A stretch of 64,000 nucleotides of DNA from Dehalococcoidia bacterium. Its GTDB lineage: Bacteria > Chloroflexota > Dehalococcoidia > UBA6926. This document shows positions 26,802 to 35,832 of the stretch, one piece after another (within the stretch, counting starts at the first letter, position 1; every line of letters begins with the position of its first letter). Where the stretch lies: the NCBI GenBank assembly GCA_965207115.1, contig CBDBLR010000003.1, positions 122,674-186,673 of the forward strand. The letters run 5' to 3'. A program made the translations under genes and the position numbers. The notes under the pieces are model-generated. The model had not been told where the DNA came from. It made no database searches and worked only from the letters and a program-made list of their open reading frames with translations.

Positions 26802-29345
26802 TTGAAGCTGAACCCCAGAGAAATCCTGTTTGGAAACGACACCGAGAAGAAGCCCGTCCTGCTGACGGTGACGCCGCCCCGAGCGGGGGAGCGCACCCTG
26901 CTGGGCGTGGAGAACATGCTCGGCTCCATCGCGGTCCCGGAGCCCTTCTCACTGGAGCTGGCCGCCGACATGGACGGCGTGACGTTGATGGCCCGCTGCC
27001 TCGACGACCAGGTGGTGCGCGGCCAGCTCTCCGCCCACTACCCCCAGGCCCGCATCCGGAAGCTGGACCCGGAGGAAGACCCGCTCAGGCTCGAAGAGGG
27101 CGAGCAGGCGTGGAGCATGACCCTGCGAGCCGACGGCCCGGAGTACGTGCCCCTGAGGACCTTCAGGGACGACGACCTGCTCGACCCCGGCTCAGACCCC
27201 CTCATCGCCCTGATGGGCGCCCTCTCCAACATCAACAAGGGTGAGCGCATCGTGGCGCGGCTGCTGCTGCGCTCCCTGGGCCCCGACTGGTCGCAGGGAC
27301 ATCTCGAAAAGGCTCACAAGCGGCCCGGCATGGAGCCGCGGGAGCCCGCCTATACCTTCCAGACCAAGCCCCTGCAGATGGACGGCGTGACGATGGCCGT
27401 GCTGGGCATCGGCGCGTTGGCCTCCCTCCAGGGATACCTGTGGGTGCAGGACGGCGAGATATGGAAGGCCGTCCTGCTGGGGATGGGAACGGCTCTAGGG
27501 CTGACCGCGGGCGGCTGGGCGTGGTGGCGCTGGAAGAAGTCCAGGAACCGGGTCGAAGACCCCTTGCTCATCAAGGAGAAGGTATCACGGATCGCGTTCG
27601 ACGCAGAGCTCCAGGTCACGGCCATCCTGCCCGCCGGGACGAGGCCCCAGCGGGCCAGCGAACTCCTCGGCCCCATCGCCGCCGCCTACCGCCACTTCGA
27701 CAACCCCGCAGGGGCGCGCTTTAAGGTCGGCAAGGTCCGGACAACCGAGCCCGACCCGGAGATGCTGCACCCCGCAGGCCCCGGCCTGTTCGGTGGGCGC
27801 AGCGTCCTGGGAGTCCGCGAGATCGCCTGCCTGTGGCACCCGCCCGGAGCGGGCGACGAGACGCCCCTGGTGGAACGGTCCGGCGCGAGGTCGCTCCTGC
27901 CATTCGCCAAGGGCGTCAGGGGCGGCGCGCTGGTGGGGGACACCACGGCCGGCAAGCCCCGGCCCATCCGATTCCCCGACGACCTGCTCCGGCGGCACCA
28001 CCTCTACGTGGCCCGCACCCGCATGGGCAAGTCCACCCTCATGCACCATCTCGTCACTCACAAGATGCGGGAGAAGTCCGAGGGCAGGGACCCGGACGCC
28101 ATCGTCGTCATAGACCCCCATGCCGACCTGGTGGCGGGCATCCTTGAACACGTCCCCGAAGCACTGGTAGACCGGGTGCGGCTCATCGACCTGGCCGACC
28201 AGCGGAGGGCGCCGGGCATCAACCTGCTCGACACCCGCATCTTCGCCGACCGGGACCGCACCGCCGACTCGGTGGTGCGCGTCGCCAGGGGCCTGTGGGA
28301 GCAGTGGGGGCCGAGGATGCAGTCCATCCTCGAACAGACGGTCAAGACCCTCCACGAGGCCAACGAGCACCCCGAGACGGACGAGGGCAGCCAGCACACC
28401 ATCCTTGACGGGTTGAAGCTCCTCTCCGACAAGAAGTTCCGGGACGGCGTGTTGAAGAGGATCGAGGACCCCTATCTCCTTGAATGGTGGGCCAGGGACT
28501 TCGGACGCTGGCACCAGCAGTACCGCGCCGAGGCCCTCGCCCCCGTGCAGACCCGCCTCTCCTACTACGCCTCATCCAGGCGGGCAAGGGCCATCCTCGG
28601 CCAGCGCCGCTCCACCATCGACCTGCGGGAGACCATCCTCGACGGCGGCATCCTCCTGGTGTCCACCGCCCAAGGCACGGTGGGCAGGGACGTGGCCGCC
28701 CTGGTGGGAGCGTCCCTGCTCAACCTGGTCGATTCGGTGATACGAGAGCAGGAGAGCGTCTCGCTCAGCCAGCGGCGCGGCGCGCTGGTCGTCGTGGACG
28801 AGATGCAGTCCATGCCGGGCGTGGACTACGAGTCGATGCTCTCGGAATTGGGCAAGTTCGGGGCGTCCTTCATCCTCGCCACCCAGAGCCTCGCCAAGCT
28901 CGACGACCTCTCCCGCACCATGCGGGACACCATCCTCGCCAACGTGGGCTGCCTCGCCGTCTTCCAGGTGGCGGGCAACGACGCCCGGACGCTGGTGTGG
29001 GAGCTGGGCAAGGAGCGGGTCACCGAGGACGACATCACGTCGCTCCCCGTCCACCACTGCTACGTCCGCGCCACAGTGGGCAAGGAGCGGATGCCCGCCT
29101 TCTCGATGATGGTCAGAAAGCCGGAGGACGGAGACCCCGCCGTCGCCGCGCATATCCGCAGCGCGGCCTCCTCCTACACCCTGACGGCCCAGGACCTGGA
29201 GGACGCCAGGTCCGCCGCCCAGAGGAAGGTCCGGGACTTCAAGGACCGCACAGCCGACCTGGAGCAGGACGGCAGCGAGAAGGACGGGCAGGCCACGGCC
29301 TCAAAGAACGCGAATACGACGGATGAAGGGGAGGCCGAGCTATGA
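26802..29345 (+). CDS. VirD4/TraG-like type IV coupling protein
   Basis: Two TM helices, ARTRMGKS, VIDPHADL, VVDEMQ, ELGKFG...ATQ; TTG start inferred. Confidence 0.85.
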   Translation: MKLNPREILFGNDTEKKPVLLTVTPPRAGERTLLGVENMLGSIAVPEPFSLELAADMDGVTLMARCLDDQVVRGQLSAHYPQARIRKLDPEEDPLRLEEGEQAWSMTLRADGPEYVPLRTFRDDDLLDPGSDPLIALMGALSNINKGERIVARLLLRSLGPDWSQGHLEKAHKRPGMEPREPAYTFQTKPLQMDGVTMAVLGIGALASLQGYLWVQDGEIWKAVLLGMGTALGLTAGGWAWWRWKKSRNRVEDPLLIKEKVSRIAFDAELQVTAILPAGTRPQRASELLGPIAAAYRHFDNPAGARFKVGKVRTTEPDPEMLHPAGPGLFGGRSVLGVREIACLWHPPGAGDETPLVERSGARSLLPFAKGVRGGALVGDTTAGKPRPIRFPDDLLRRHHLYVARTRMGKSTLMHHLVTHKMREKSEGRDPDAIVVIDPHADLVAGILEHVPEALVDRVRLIDLADQRRAPGINLLDTRIFADRDRTADSVVRVARGLWEQWGPRMQSILEQTVKTLHEANEHPETDEGSQHTILDGLKLLSDKKFRDGVLKRIEDPYLLEWWARDFGRWHQQYRAEALAPVQTRLSYYASSRRARAILGQRRSTIDLRETILDGGILLVSTAQGTVGRDVAALVGASLLNLVDSVIREQESVSLSQRRGALVVVDEMQSMPGVDYESMLSELGKFGASFILATQSLAKLDDLSRTMRDTILANVGCLAVFQVAGNDARTLVWELGKERVTEDDITSLPVHHCYVRATVGKERMPAFSMMVRKPEDGDPAVAAHIRSAASSYTLTAQDLEDARSAAQRKVRDFKDRTADLEQDGSEKDGQATASKNANTTDEGEAEL

Positions 29346-30997
29346 GACCCGAAGGATGTGAGGCCCAGACCCTCCGAGCCCTGGCGTCTATGCCCTTCCT
29401 CGACCGGGCGGAGTTGGTGGCCGTCACCGGTTGGTCGAAGGCCGCGGTCCACGAGGCCGTCGACCGGCTGGACTCCGGCGGCTTCTGCGCCGCCGTACCC
29501 CACGCCACCGCTCTCTTTCCCTCATCGACCCAGAGGTTCCACCTCACCGCCGCGGGGCTGGAGCGGCTCGCCGAACAGGAAGATACGTCCCTGGACGAGC
29601 TCGTCCGCGACCGCCCCGTCTCCGCCGAGTGGCGGCGCAACCTGATGGGGCGGCTCGACTCCCTCGCCGCTATCTACCGGCTGGCGGTCGCCGTCTCCGG
29701 CGTCGCATACCCCATACGGTTCCGGTGGTACAGGGCCTCGACCCTGGACGCCGCCGTCGAGCTTCCCTCCGGCGGCGCCGTCGGCATCGTCAGGCAGGGG
29801 CTCACCGCCGACAGGACCGGCTTCTCCAACCGGATGTGGAGGCTGCGCCAGGGGCCGCTCCCCGGAGCGGTCCTCGTGCTGATGGCCGACCACGTGCGGC
29901 TCAGGCATGTCCGCAGGACGCTGGTCGGCGCCTCCGTTCCCTTCTATCTCGCCCTCGAGCGCGAGGCGGTCGAGGCGTCGTCGGACGACCCGGTGTGGAG
30001 TCCGCCCGCGGTCAACGCTTCCGTCGAGCTCCGCTCCGTCCTCGACCGGATAGAGAAGGGAAGCCTCTTTCCCGAGGAGGACGAGCCCCGGATGGCCTCG
30101 GTCCCGGCCGACCTCTCCGTCGAGGGTCCGGGGTGGAGGGTCTCCGACTATCTGCTGCCCGCCACCCTCAAGCCCGCCGAGAAACGCGCCCTCGACCTGA
30201 TTTCCGACTGGCCCTGGATCACGCTGACGGACCTGGCGGGACTGATGGCCGTCTCGGTCCCCAGAGCCTCCCAGCTGGTGACCCCCCTCGAAGGGTTCCG
30301 CCTCGTCACCCGGCCCATCGCCGGGAGCGGGCGCATGGCCCTCACCGACCGGGCACTGGCGCTCCTGGCCCGCAGGGACCGAACGTCCGTGGCCATCGCG
30401 AAGAAGCGGTGGAGCGCCGCTCCCCTGTTCCCCGGCACCCCATACGTCTGGGACAACGTGAGGGGCGCAAGGAGCCGCCAGCTGCTCAGGAACGTCGAGC
30501 ACACCGCGGCCGTCCACTCCTTTCTCGCCGCCATGACCGTGCAGGCGGGCCTCCTGGATTGGGAGGTCGTCCAGGTCGACCCGCCCCGCAGGGCCTCGCG
30601 ACACTTCAAGCACGGCGACGGGATGCGCTCGGTCAACCCCGACGCCTTCGGCGTCCTAAGAAAGGGCGAGACCACGTGGCCCTTCCTGCTGGAGTGGGAG
30701 CGGAGGGCCGTGCGGCCCTCGACCATGTCGGAACGCCTCGCCCCCTATCTGCGCTACTTCTCCTCTCACCGGCCCACCGACGATCACGGCGCCCGGCCCT
30801 CCGTCCTCATCGTCTTCGACGACGAGATCGCACACACCCACTTCCTGCGCCGGGCGCGGGACGAGATGCAGGCCAGGGGCGTGACCGTGCCCCTGTGGGT
30901 GTCGCACAGGGGCGCCATCGAGCGGATGGGGCCGCTGGGACGCGCATGGCGCGACCCCGGCGACTGGCAATCGCCCCAGGCCATGCCGCCGCAATGA
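29342..30997 (+). CDS. Replication-relaxation family putative relaxase (tandem domains)
   Basis: wHTH, H..AV, PDAFG...LEWER, LAPYLRY, P.VLIV; ATGA overlap with the coupling protein gene. Confidence 0.75.
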   Translation: MRPEGCEAQTLRALASMPFLDRAELVAVTGWSKAAVHEAVDRLDSGGFCAAVPHATALFPSSTQRFHLTAAGLERLAEQEDTSLDELVRDRPVSAEWRRNLMGRLDSLAAIYRLAVAVSGVAYPIRFRWYRASTLDAAVELPSGGAVGIVRQGLTADRTGFSNRMWRLRQGPLPGAVLVLMADHVRLRHVRRTLVGASVPFYLALEREAVEASSDDPVWSPPAVNASVELRSVLDRIEKGSLFPEEDEPRMASVPADLSVEGPGWRVSDYLLPATLKPAEKRALDLISDWPWITLTDLAGLMAVSVPRASQLVTPLEGFRLVTRPIAGSGRMALTDRALALLARRDRTSVAIAKKRWSAAPLFPGTPYVWDNVRGARSRQLLRNVEHTAAVHSFLAAMTVQAGLLDWEVVQVDPPRRASRHFKHGDGMRSVNPDAFGVLRKGETTWPFLLEWERRAVRPSTMSERLAPYLRYFSSHRPTDDHGARPSVLIVFDDEIAHTHFLRRARDEMQARGVTVPLWVSHRGAIERMGPLGRAWRDPGDWQSPQAMPPQ

Positions 30998-31065
30998 CCG
31001 ACTACTGACATCGGGGAAGCGGCGCGACGGTTCGCGCTCCCTTCCCCGAGGGGAGATGGATTGCC

Positions 31066-31350
31066 ATGCGTTCGCAGGAATATCACAACAAGAAGAAAGG
31101 CCCCCGGAGGCGTGGAGGACGGACCGTTGTCCGGCTCAATACGGCGGCCCTCTGGGAGCGGCTCACCTTGCTGAATCGCTCCCAGAACTGGCTCGCCAGG
31201 GAGGCCGGGGTCAGCCCCGGCTACATCTCGATGCTGGTCAACGGGGAGCGCACACCCTCCGGTCGCATTCGCCGCCGGATGCTCAAGGCCCTGGGTTTCG
31301 ACGGATTCGACCAACTCTTCACGATGGAGGTTAGAGATGACAGTCCATAA
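31066..31350 (+). CDS. XRE-family HTH regulator
   Basis: SQNWLAREAGVSPGYISMLVNGERTPS. Confidence 0.85.
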   Translation: MRSQEYHNKKKGPRRRGGRTVVRLNTAALWERLTLLNRSQNWLAREAGVSPGYISMLVNGERTPSGRIRRRMLKALGFDGFDQLFTMEVRDDSP

Positions 31351-31709
31351 CGATTCGTCCCGTTTCGACGGGGCCGTGGAACAGTTCAACGAGGAGCAGG
31401 ACCTGGCCTTGCAGGCTGCGGTGCTGGCGGAGGACTTCCCCAAGCGCCTCGAACGCCTGAAGGAGGTCAGCGGCCTCACTTGGGCCGCCTTCGCAAGGTC
31501 CCTGGGTTTCGACGACTTCGACCAACTCTTGACTACGGAGGACAGCGATGACAACCCATAACGATTCGTCCCGTTTCGACGGGGCCGTGGAACAGTTCAA
31601 CGAGGAGCAGGACCTGGCCTTGCAGGCTGCGGTGCTGGCGGAGGACTTCCCCAAGCGCCTCGAACGCCTGAAGGAGGTCAGCGGCCTCACCTGGGCCGCC
31701 TTCGCAAGG
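31290..31709 (+). repeat. 211-bp tandem duplication
   Basis: Units start at about 31290 and 31501; the last ~150 nt are near-identical and the first ~55 nt are diverged. Confidence 0.92.
31337..31561 (+). pseudogene. Chimeric truncated XRE created by the duplication
   Basis: N-terminus of the 31548 protein joined in frame to a tail like that of the 31066 protein; lacks the recognition helix. Confidence 0.6.
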
Positions 31710-31874
31710 GCCATCGGCGTGGACCCCAAGCTGGTTCACCGCTGGCGCAACGGCGTCGAGCCCCGAGGCTGGGCCATGCACGCCCTATTCCGCTTTGCGC
31801 AACGGATGCCCGGAGGCATGGCGATCCTCGTGACGGAGAGCTTCCAGATGAGCTTCTTCAACGAGGACAGCTAG
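31548..31874 (+). CDS. XRE-family HTH regulator
   Basis: DFPKRLERLKEVSGLTWAAFARAIGVDPKLVHRWRNG. Confidence 0.85.
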   Translation: MTTHNDSSRFDGAVEQFNEEQDLALQAAVLAEDFPKRLERLKEVSGLTWAAFARAIGVDPKLVHRWRNGVEPRGWAMHALFRFAQRMPGGMAILVTESFQMSFFNEDS

Positions 31875-32035
31875 ACGAGCGGCCCCGCCGGGCGAAGGCG
31901 CAACGGCGGCACGGCGGGGCATGAGACGGCTGGATGCCGCCGGAGTCCGCCCGTTCCGTCGGCTCCGGCGGCCCAGCCGCACAACCCGCAACGAGAGGCC
32001 AGCGGCCCACCAGACGCCGCTGTGACTACAGGAAA

Positions 32036-32260
32036 ATGAGAGACGCCGAGAGAGACAACGGACGAAAGAGGCCCGGAGAGCAGGAGCTTGAAGACGCCCT
32101 GGAGCGCTCCATGCCGTCCTACACCCCTGAACATCGTAGGGCCGTCCTGAAGGGGCTGCGCATCCTGGCCCGCGTCGCTATCCGCTCCTACATGGAGGAG
32201 CACGCGGCCGCATCGCACCGGCCCGAAGCCACCGAGGACGGCGGCGAGGGGGTGGGCTGA
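32036..32260 (+). CDS. Small protein, candidate recombination directionality factor; paralog of 48600-48791
   Basis: YTPEHRRAVLKGLRILARVAIRSYM versus YSAEQRETVRRGLGILARMIARAHL. Confidence 0.65.
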   Translation: MRDAERDNGRKRPGEQELEDALERSMPSYTPEHRRAVLKGLRILARVAIRSYMEEHAAASHRPEATEDGGEGVG

Positions 32261-32338
32261 TGGGGTGCGCGGGGGAGCGGCAGACGCTCCAATGGGATGC
32301 GGAATGGTGAGATGTGGGGGAGGAAGGAGCGCAGCGGC

Positions 32339-32695
32339 CTAGTAGAGGATCATGCTTGTGGGAACCAGCCGCTGAGCCTCCGGGTCCACCGCCAGGGCCA
32401 GACCCTCCAGGGTGTACGCCCCCAGCAGCGGAGGGGCCTCGTCCTCTCCGAAGACCACGATCGTGACCACGCTCTCGCCGTCTATTGTGGCCCACGCCTG
32501 TCCGTAGTTCATGTCCACCCGCCGACCATCCGCCAGCAGGAACCCGCGCTTGCCCGTGGCTTCGATCCCCAGCTCACGCAGCAGGCTGCCGGGCAGCGTG
32601 GTGAACGACGCGCCGGTGTCCACCGTCGCCTCTATGTCCCGCTCCTGCTGCCCATCCATGCTGGCTATGCGCAGCGTCCACTTGAATGTTCCCAT
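32339..32695 (-). CDS. Clan AA (retropepsin-like) aspartic protease
   Basis: VDTGAS catalytic motif, LADG and LLG...LE. Confidence 0.88.
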   Translation of the reverse strand: MGTFKWTLRIASMDGQQERDIEATVDTGASFTTLPGSLLRELGIEATGKRGFLLADGRRVDMNYGQAWATIDGESVVTIVVFGEDEAPPLLGAYTLEGLALAVDPEAQRLVPTSMILY

Positions 32696-32770
32696 AGGGA
32701 AACCTCTATATCGCAGTTTCTACCACCCCATTCTACCCGATTTGGACGGCCTCTTACAGGTGCCCGGGCA

Positions 32771-32822
32771 TTGACAGGGGCCACCGGGTCGTTCATGATA
32801 CTGTTATGACATGGTATGACAT
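32771..32822 (+). promoter_or_regulatory. Sigma70-like promoter and repeat operator for the RHH-LSR operon
   Basis: TTGACA-17-CATGAT, followed by TATGACAT twice with a 10-bp period. Confidence 0.6.
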
Positions 32823-32842
32823 CTAGGAGCAAAAAAGAGAGA

Positions 32843-33070
32843 ATGACCACTCCCAGGAAGTCCAAGGTCATCACCTTCTCCCTGCCCCCGCAAATGGAAG
32901 AGCAGGTCAGGCAGCTGATGCAGGAGGAGGGCCGAACCATGAGCGAGCTGATCCGTGAGGCTCTACGCCTGTACATGGACGAGCGGGAGTGGCTGCGGCG
33001 GCAGCGCCGCCAACGGGCCGAGGCCCGCCGGAGCGAACAGCAGGAAGCAGATGGAGGAACAGATGAGTGA
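32843..33070 (+). CDS. CopG/ribbon-helix-helix regulator
   Basis: VITFSLPPQM...RTMSELIREALRLY; overlaps the LSR start. Confidence 0.85.
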   Translation: MTTPRKSKVITFSLPPQMEEQVRQLMQEEGRTMSELIREALRLYMDEREWLRRQRRQRAEARRSEQQEADGGTDE

Positions 33071-34703
33071 ACGAAACGACCTTACGCCGGCAGCCCTCTA
33101 CGCCAGGGTGTCCAGCGACCGCCAGGACGTGGACCTGTCCGTGTCCGCCCAGCTGAGGGCGCTCAGGGACTACGCCGACAAGAACGACTACGAGGTCGTC
33201 CGGGAGTACGTAGACGAGGCGGAGAGCGGGCGCGTGATGAACCGCCCGGAGTTCCAGAAGATGCTGGACGAGGCCAAGAAGACCGAGGCCCCTTTTGAGG
33301 AGATTTTGGTCTGGAAGTTCTCAAGATTCACCCGCAAGCGAGAGCACGCCGTCGTCCTGAAGTCTATGCTCAGGCGCAAGGGCCTCCGCGTCGTCTCCAT
33401 CACCGAGCAGGCCGAGGACAACCCCACGGGCAGGCTCCTCGAAGGCATCATCGAGACCGTGGACGAGTTCTACAGCGAGAATTTGGCGATGGAAGTCCTG
33501 CGGGGTATGAGGGAGGCCGCCTCCAGGGGCTTCTGGGTTGCTCCCATGGCCCCATACGGCTACAGGAAGGTCAAGGTGCAGGACGGCCCTAAGGAGAGGC
33601 CCGCCCTGGAGCCGGACCCCGAAACGAACGACATCGTCAAGCGCATCTTCGACCTGGCAGAGTCCCGCAAGGGGATGATGAAGATCGTCCGCATCCTCAA
33701 CGACGAAGGCATCGCCAGCCCCAGGGGTAAGCTCTGGAACAAGCCCACCGTCCACAACATGCTCAGAAACGAAGCGTACCTGGGCACCCTCGTCTGGGGC
33801 AACAACGCCAAGGACGGGGCCGAGCCGGTGCGGGTTGAAGAGGCGTTCCCCGCCACCGTCACCAAGGACCAGTTCGACCGGGTGAACAGGATACTGCGCT
33901 CCCGCGCGCCCAGGAACACCCACCCCCGCAGGGTCGGAAGCACCTTCCTGCTGAGCGGCCTGGTCAAGTGCTACCGGTGCAAGAGGGCGCTCTCGGGCCG
34001 CTACTCCAGCAGGGGCACGTTCCCCTACTACGTCTGCCACTCCTTCGTGAAGCGCGCGCCCGGGTCCTGCGACTCGCCCAGGGTGGACGCACGGCAGTTC
34101 GAGGAGCTGGTCGTCGGACTGATTCGCTCCAACATCCTGACCGAGGGCAACATTCGGAGCTTGGTCAACGTCGTGGACGAGCAGATGGACGACGTGGCCG
34201 ACGACGAGCGCAAGCGGCTGGAGACCATCGAGTCGGAGCTCGCCGACGTGCGGGGCAGGCTGGGACGGCTCTACGACCTCGTGGAGACGACGACCGAGTT
34301 CAACATGGCCGACTTCGCCCACCGCATCCGGGACCACAAGGAGCGTCAGGAGCGCCTTGAGTCCGCCGCTGAGGGAGCGAGGGCAATCCTGGCTCAGCGC
34401 AGGGCGGTCCTCGATGACGTCAAGACCATCACGGCCTATGCCAAGGACATGAGCAGGTTCCTGAAGACGAGCGAGTTGACCGAGCGCAGGGCCTTCATCG
34501 AGACCTTCGTCAAAGAGATCGAGCTCTTGCCTGACAATGCCGTCGTCCGCTACAGCGTGCCGATGCCCGACGACAGCTTGATTCCAGGAAAAAAAGTCCA
34601 GGAGATACCGCTGAACGGCTCGGTGGTATCTTCCGTAAACGGTAGCCCACCAGACTTGATAAAATCAAGAACCTTCACAATTTGCTTCAGATTGGAGATA
34701 TAG
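33063..34703 (+). CDS. Large serine recombinase 1
   Basis: YARVSS catalytic Ser, SRFTR, recombinase domain, LSGLVKC..C Zn ribbon and coiled coil; ATG at 33063 after ggagg. Confidence 0.95.
   Translation: MSERNDLTPAALYARVSSDRQDVDLSVSAQLRALRDYADKNDYEVVREYVDEAESGRVMNRPEFQKMLDEAKKTEAPFEEILVWKFSRFTRKREHAVVLKSMLRRKGLRVVSITEQAEDNPTGRLLEGIIETVDEFYSENLAMEVLRGMREAASRGFWVAPMAPYGYRKVKVQDGPKERPALEPDPETNDIVKRIFDLAESRKGMMKIVRILNDEGIASPRGKLWNKPTVHNMLRNEAYLGTLVWGNNAKDGAEPVRVEEAFPATVTKDQFDRVNRILRSRAPRNTHPRRVGSTFLLSGLVKCYRCKRALSGRYSSRGTFPYYVCHSFVKRAPGSCDSPRVDARQFEELVVGLIRSNILTEGNIRSLVNVVDEQMDDVADDERKRLETIESELADVRGRLGRLYDLVETTTEFNMADFAHRIRDHKERQERLESAAEGARAILAQRRAVLDDVKTITAYAKDMSRFLKTSELTERRAFIETFVKEIELLPDNAVVRYSVPMPDDSLIPGKKVQEIPLNGSVVSSVNGSPPDLIKSRTFTICFRLEI
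34622..34673 (+). other. Hybrid att junction between element 1 and element 2
   Basis: Core gcccacca (34645-34652); 34650-34673 is a 20/24 inverted repeat of 51463-51486. Confidence 0.8.
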
Positions 34704-34979
34704 GAAAGAAGTCTGGAGTTAGCAGTTGGTGGTGCTGATGCATTGCCTTTCGATATTGGGTGGCCCGAGCACCGGACAAACACATGTGGCGTGGATAGTC
34801 AATGATCGAACCGATGTAGAACTGTGTTTGTTTTGGCAAGTACGCCCGTCTCTTCCGGAATCACCACCAGGAATGTGCCCACTGGTGCGGCGAGGCCGCG
34901 GAATCCGCTAAGGAGATGTACGTGACGCAGCCCTTTATGGCTCCGCCCTTGACAAGGGACTAATCGAGCCCCTTGCGCC

Positions 34980-35822
34980 TCATGTCCCAACAACCGAATT
35001 GGCTTTGCATTGGGTCCACGTAACGGTTAGCTCCGTCAATTGCTCAATAGAGCAACCAGCAACCACTCTACTTTGTCCGAATATGAAAGTGTTGATTGCT
35101 CGAATGCTTTCGTCATCCGCTACGACTAGCTTCTCCGCTCCCTCTGGAATAGGTGGAATAGGAGTTACGACAACATCGTGTGCCAGTGGAAACCAGACCT
35201 CTACGCTTGGATCACTGAGATGGGAGCGACCAGGATGGGACAGTTTAACCACGGGATTGCTCCCGATAACAAAGCTGGCATCCGAATTCTTTGCCACTGC
35301 AATCCCCAACCCCTTTCCCATCAGAATTGGAAGTACTCTAATCCCCGGATCGAGGACGCTATTCACTCGTGCGTTCCCCATGATCCTCTTGACATCTGCA
35401 AGGTCACCGAATTCCCTAACGAGTTGAGGAATCCACTCTTGTGGGACAGCTTCTGAATCGATTCGATCGGACACATCCGGAACGCGCTTCCACTGTATGT
35501 AGGAGTACAGTGACCAAATCATCTTCTCGGTCCTCGTTAAGTCGGGTGTCCTCTGCATCCGAGCACTACTAACAATTTTGCGGATGATGGGGCTGACCAT
35601 TCCTTCAAGGTCGCCAAGTGATGCCTCCACAGCATTGTCTTTGTTACCGGATCTATCTTGTTGCGAATACAGGTAACGGCGAACGAAGAGCTTCTTTGGC
35701 GTTGACCGTCGAATACCATTACCCGGATGTTCCTTGTCGAAGAAGTACAGCCGCCCCTCGTTGTCCGTGAACATCTGGGACAACATCATAGGGATGAAGT
35801 GATGACGCTTTGGGTTATTCAT
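34980..35822 (-). CDS. DUF4238 family protein
   Basis: N-terminal HHFIP...F, LY...VE..L..LE, FVIGSNPV and WFPL; lower GC. Confidence 0.8.
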   Translation of the reverse strand: MNNPKRHHFIPMMLSQMFTDNEGRLYFFDKEHPGNGIRRSTPKKLFVRRYLYSQQDRSGNKDNAVEASLGDLEGMVSPIIRKIVSSARMQRTPDLTRTEKMIWSLYSYIQWKRVPDVSDRIDSEAVPQEWIPQLVREFGDLADVKRIMGNARVNSVLDPGIRVLPILMGKGLGIAVAKNSDASFVIGSNPVVKLSHPGRSHLSDPSVEVWFPLAHDVVVTPIPPIPEGAEKLVVADDESIRAINTFIFGQSRVVAGCSIEQLTELTVTWTQCKANSVVGT

Positions 35823-35832
35823 CTACTTACAA

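Larger units (their letters stand above)
1895..34648. mobile_element. Element 1: integrative conjugative element with large serine recombinase (left end not located; may extend beyond the window)
   Basis: T4SS-like operon, coupling protein, relaxase-like gene, DNA-processing operon and a terminal LSR ending at an att-like core. Confidence 0.8.

Noticed and set aside
34600-34652. tRNA gene at either CCA-ending core (also 51493)
   Set aside because: The upstream sequence is LSR coding DNA with no cloverleaf; only the 8-bp core resembles a tRNA end.
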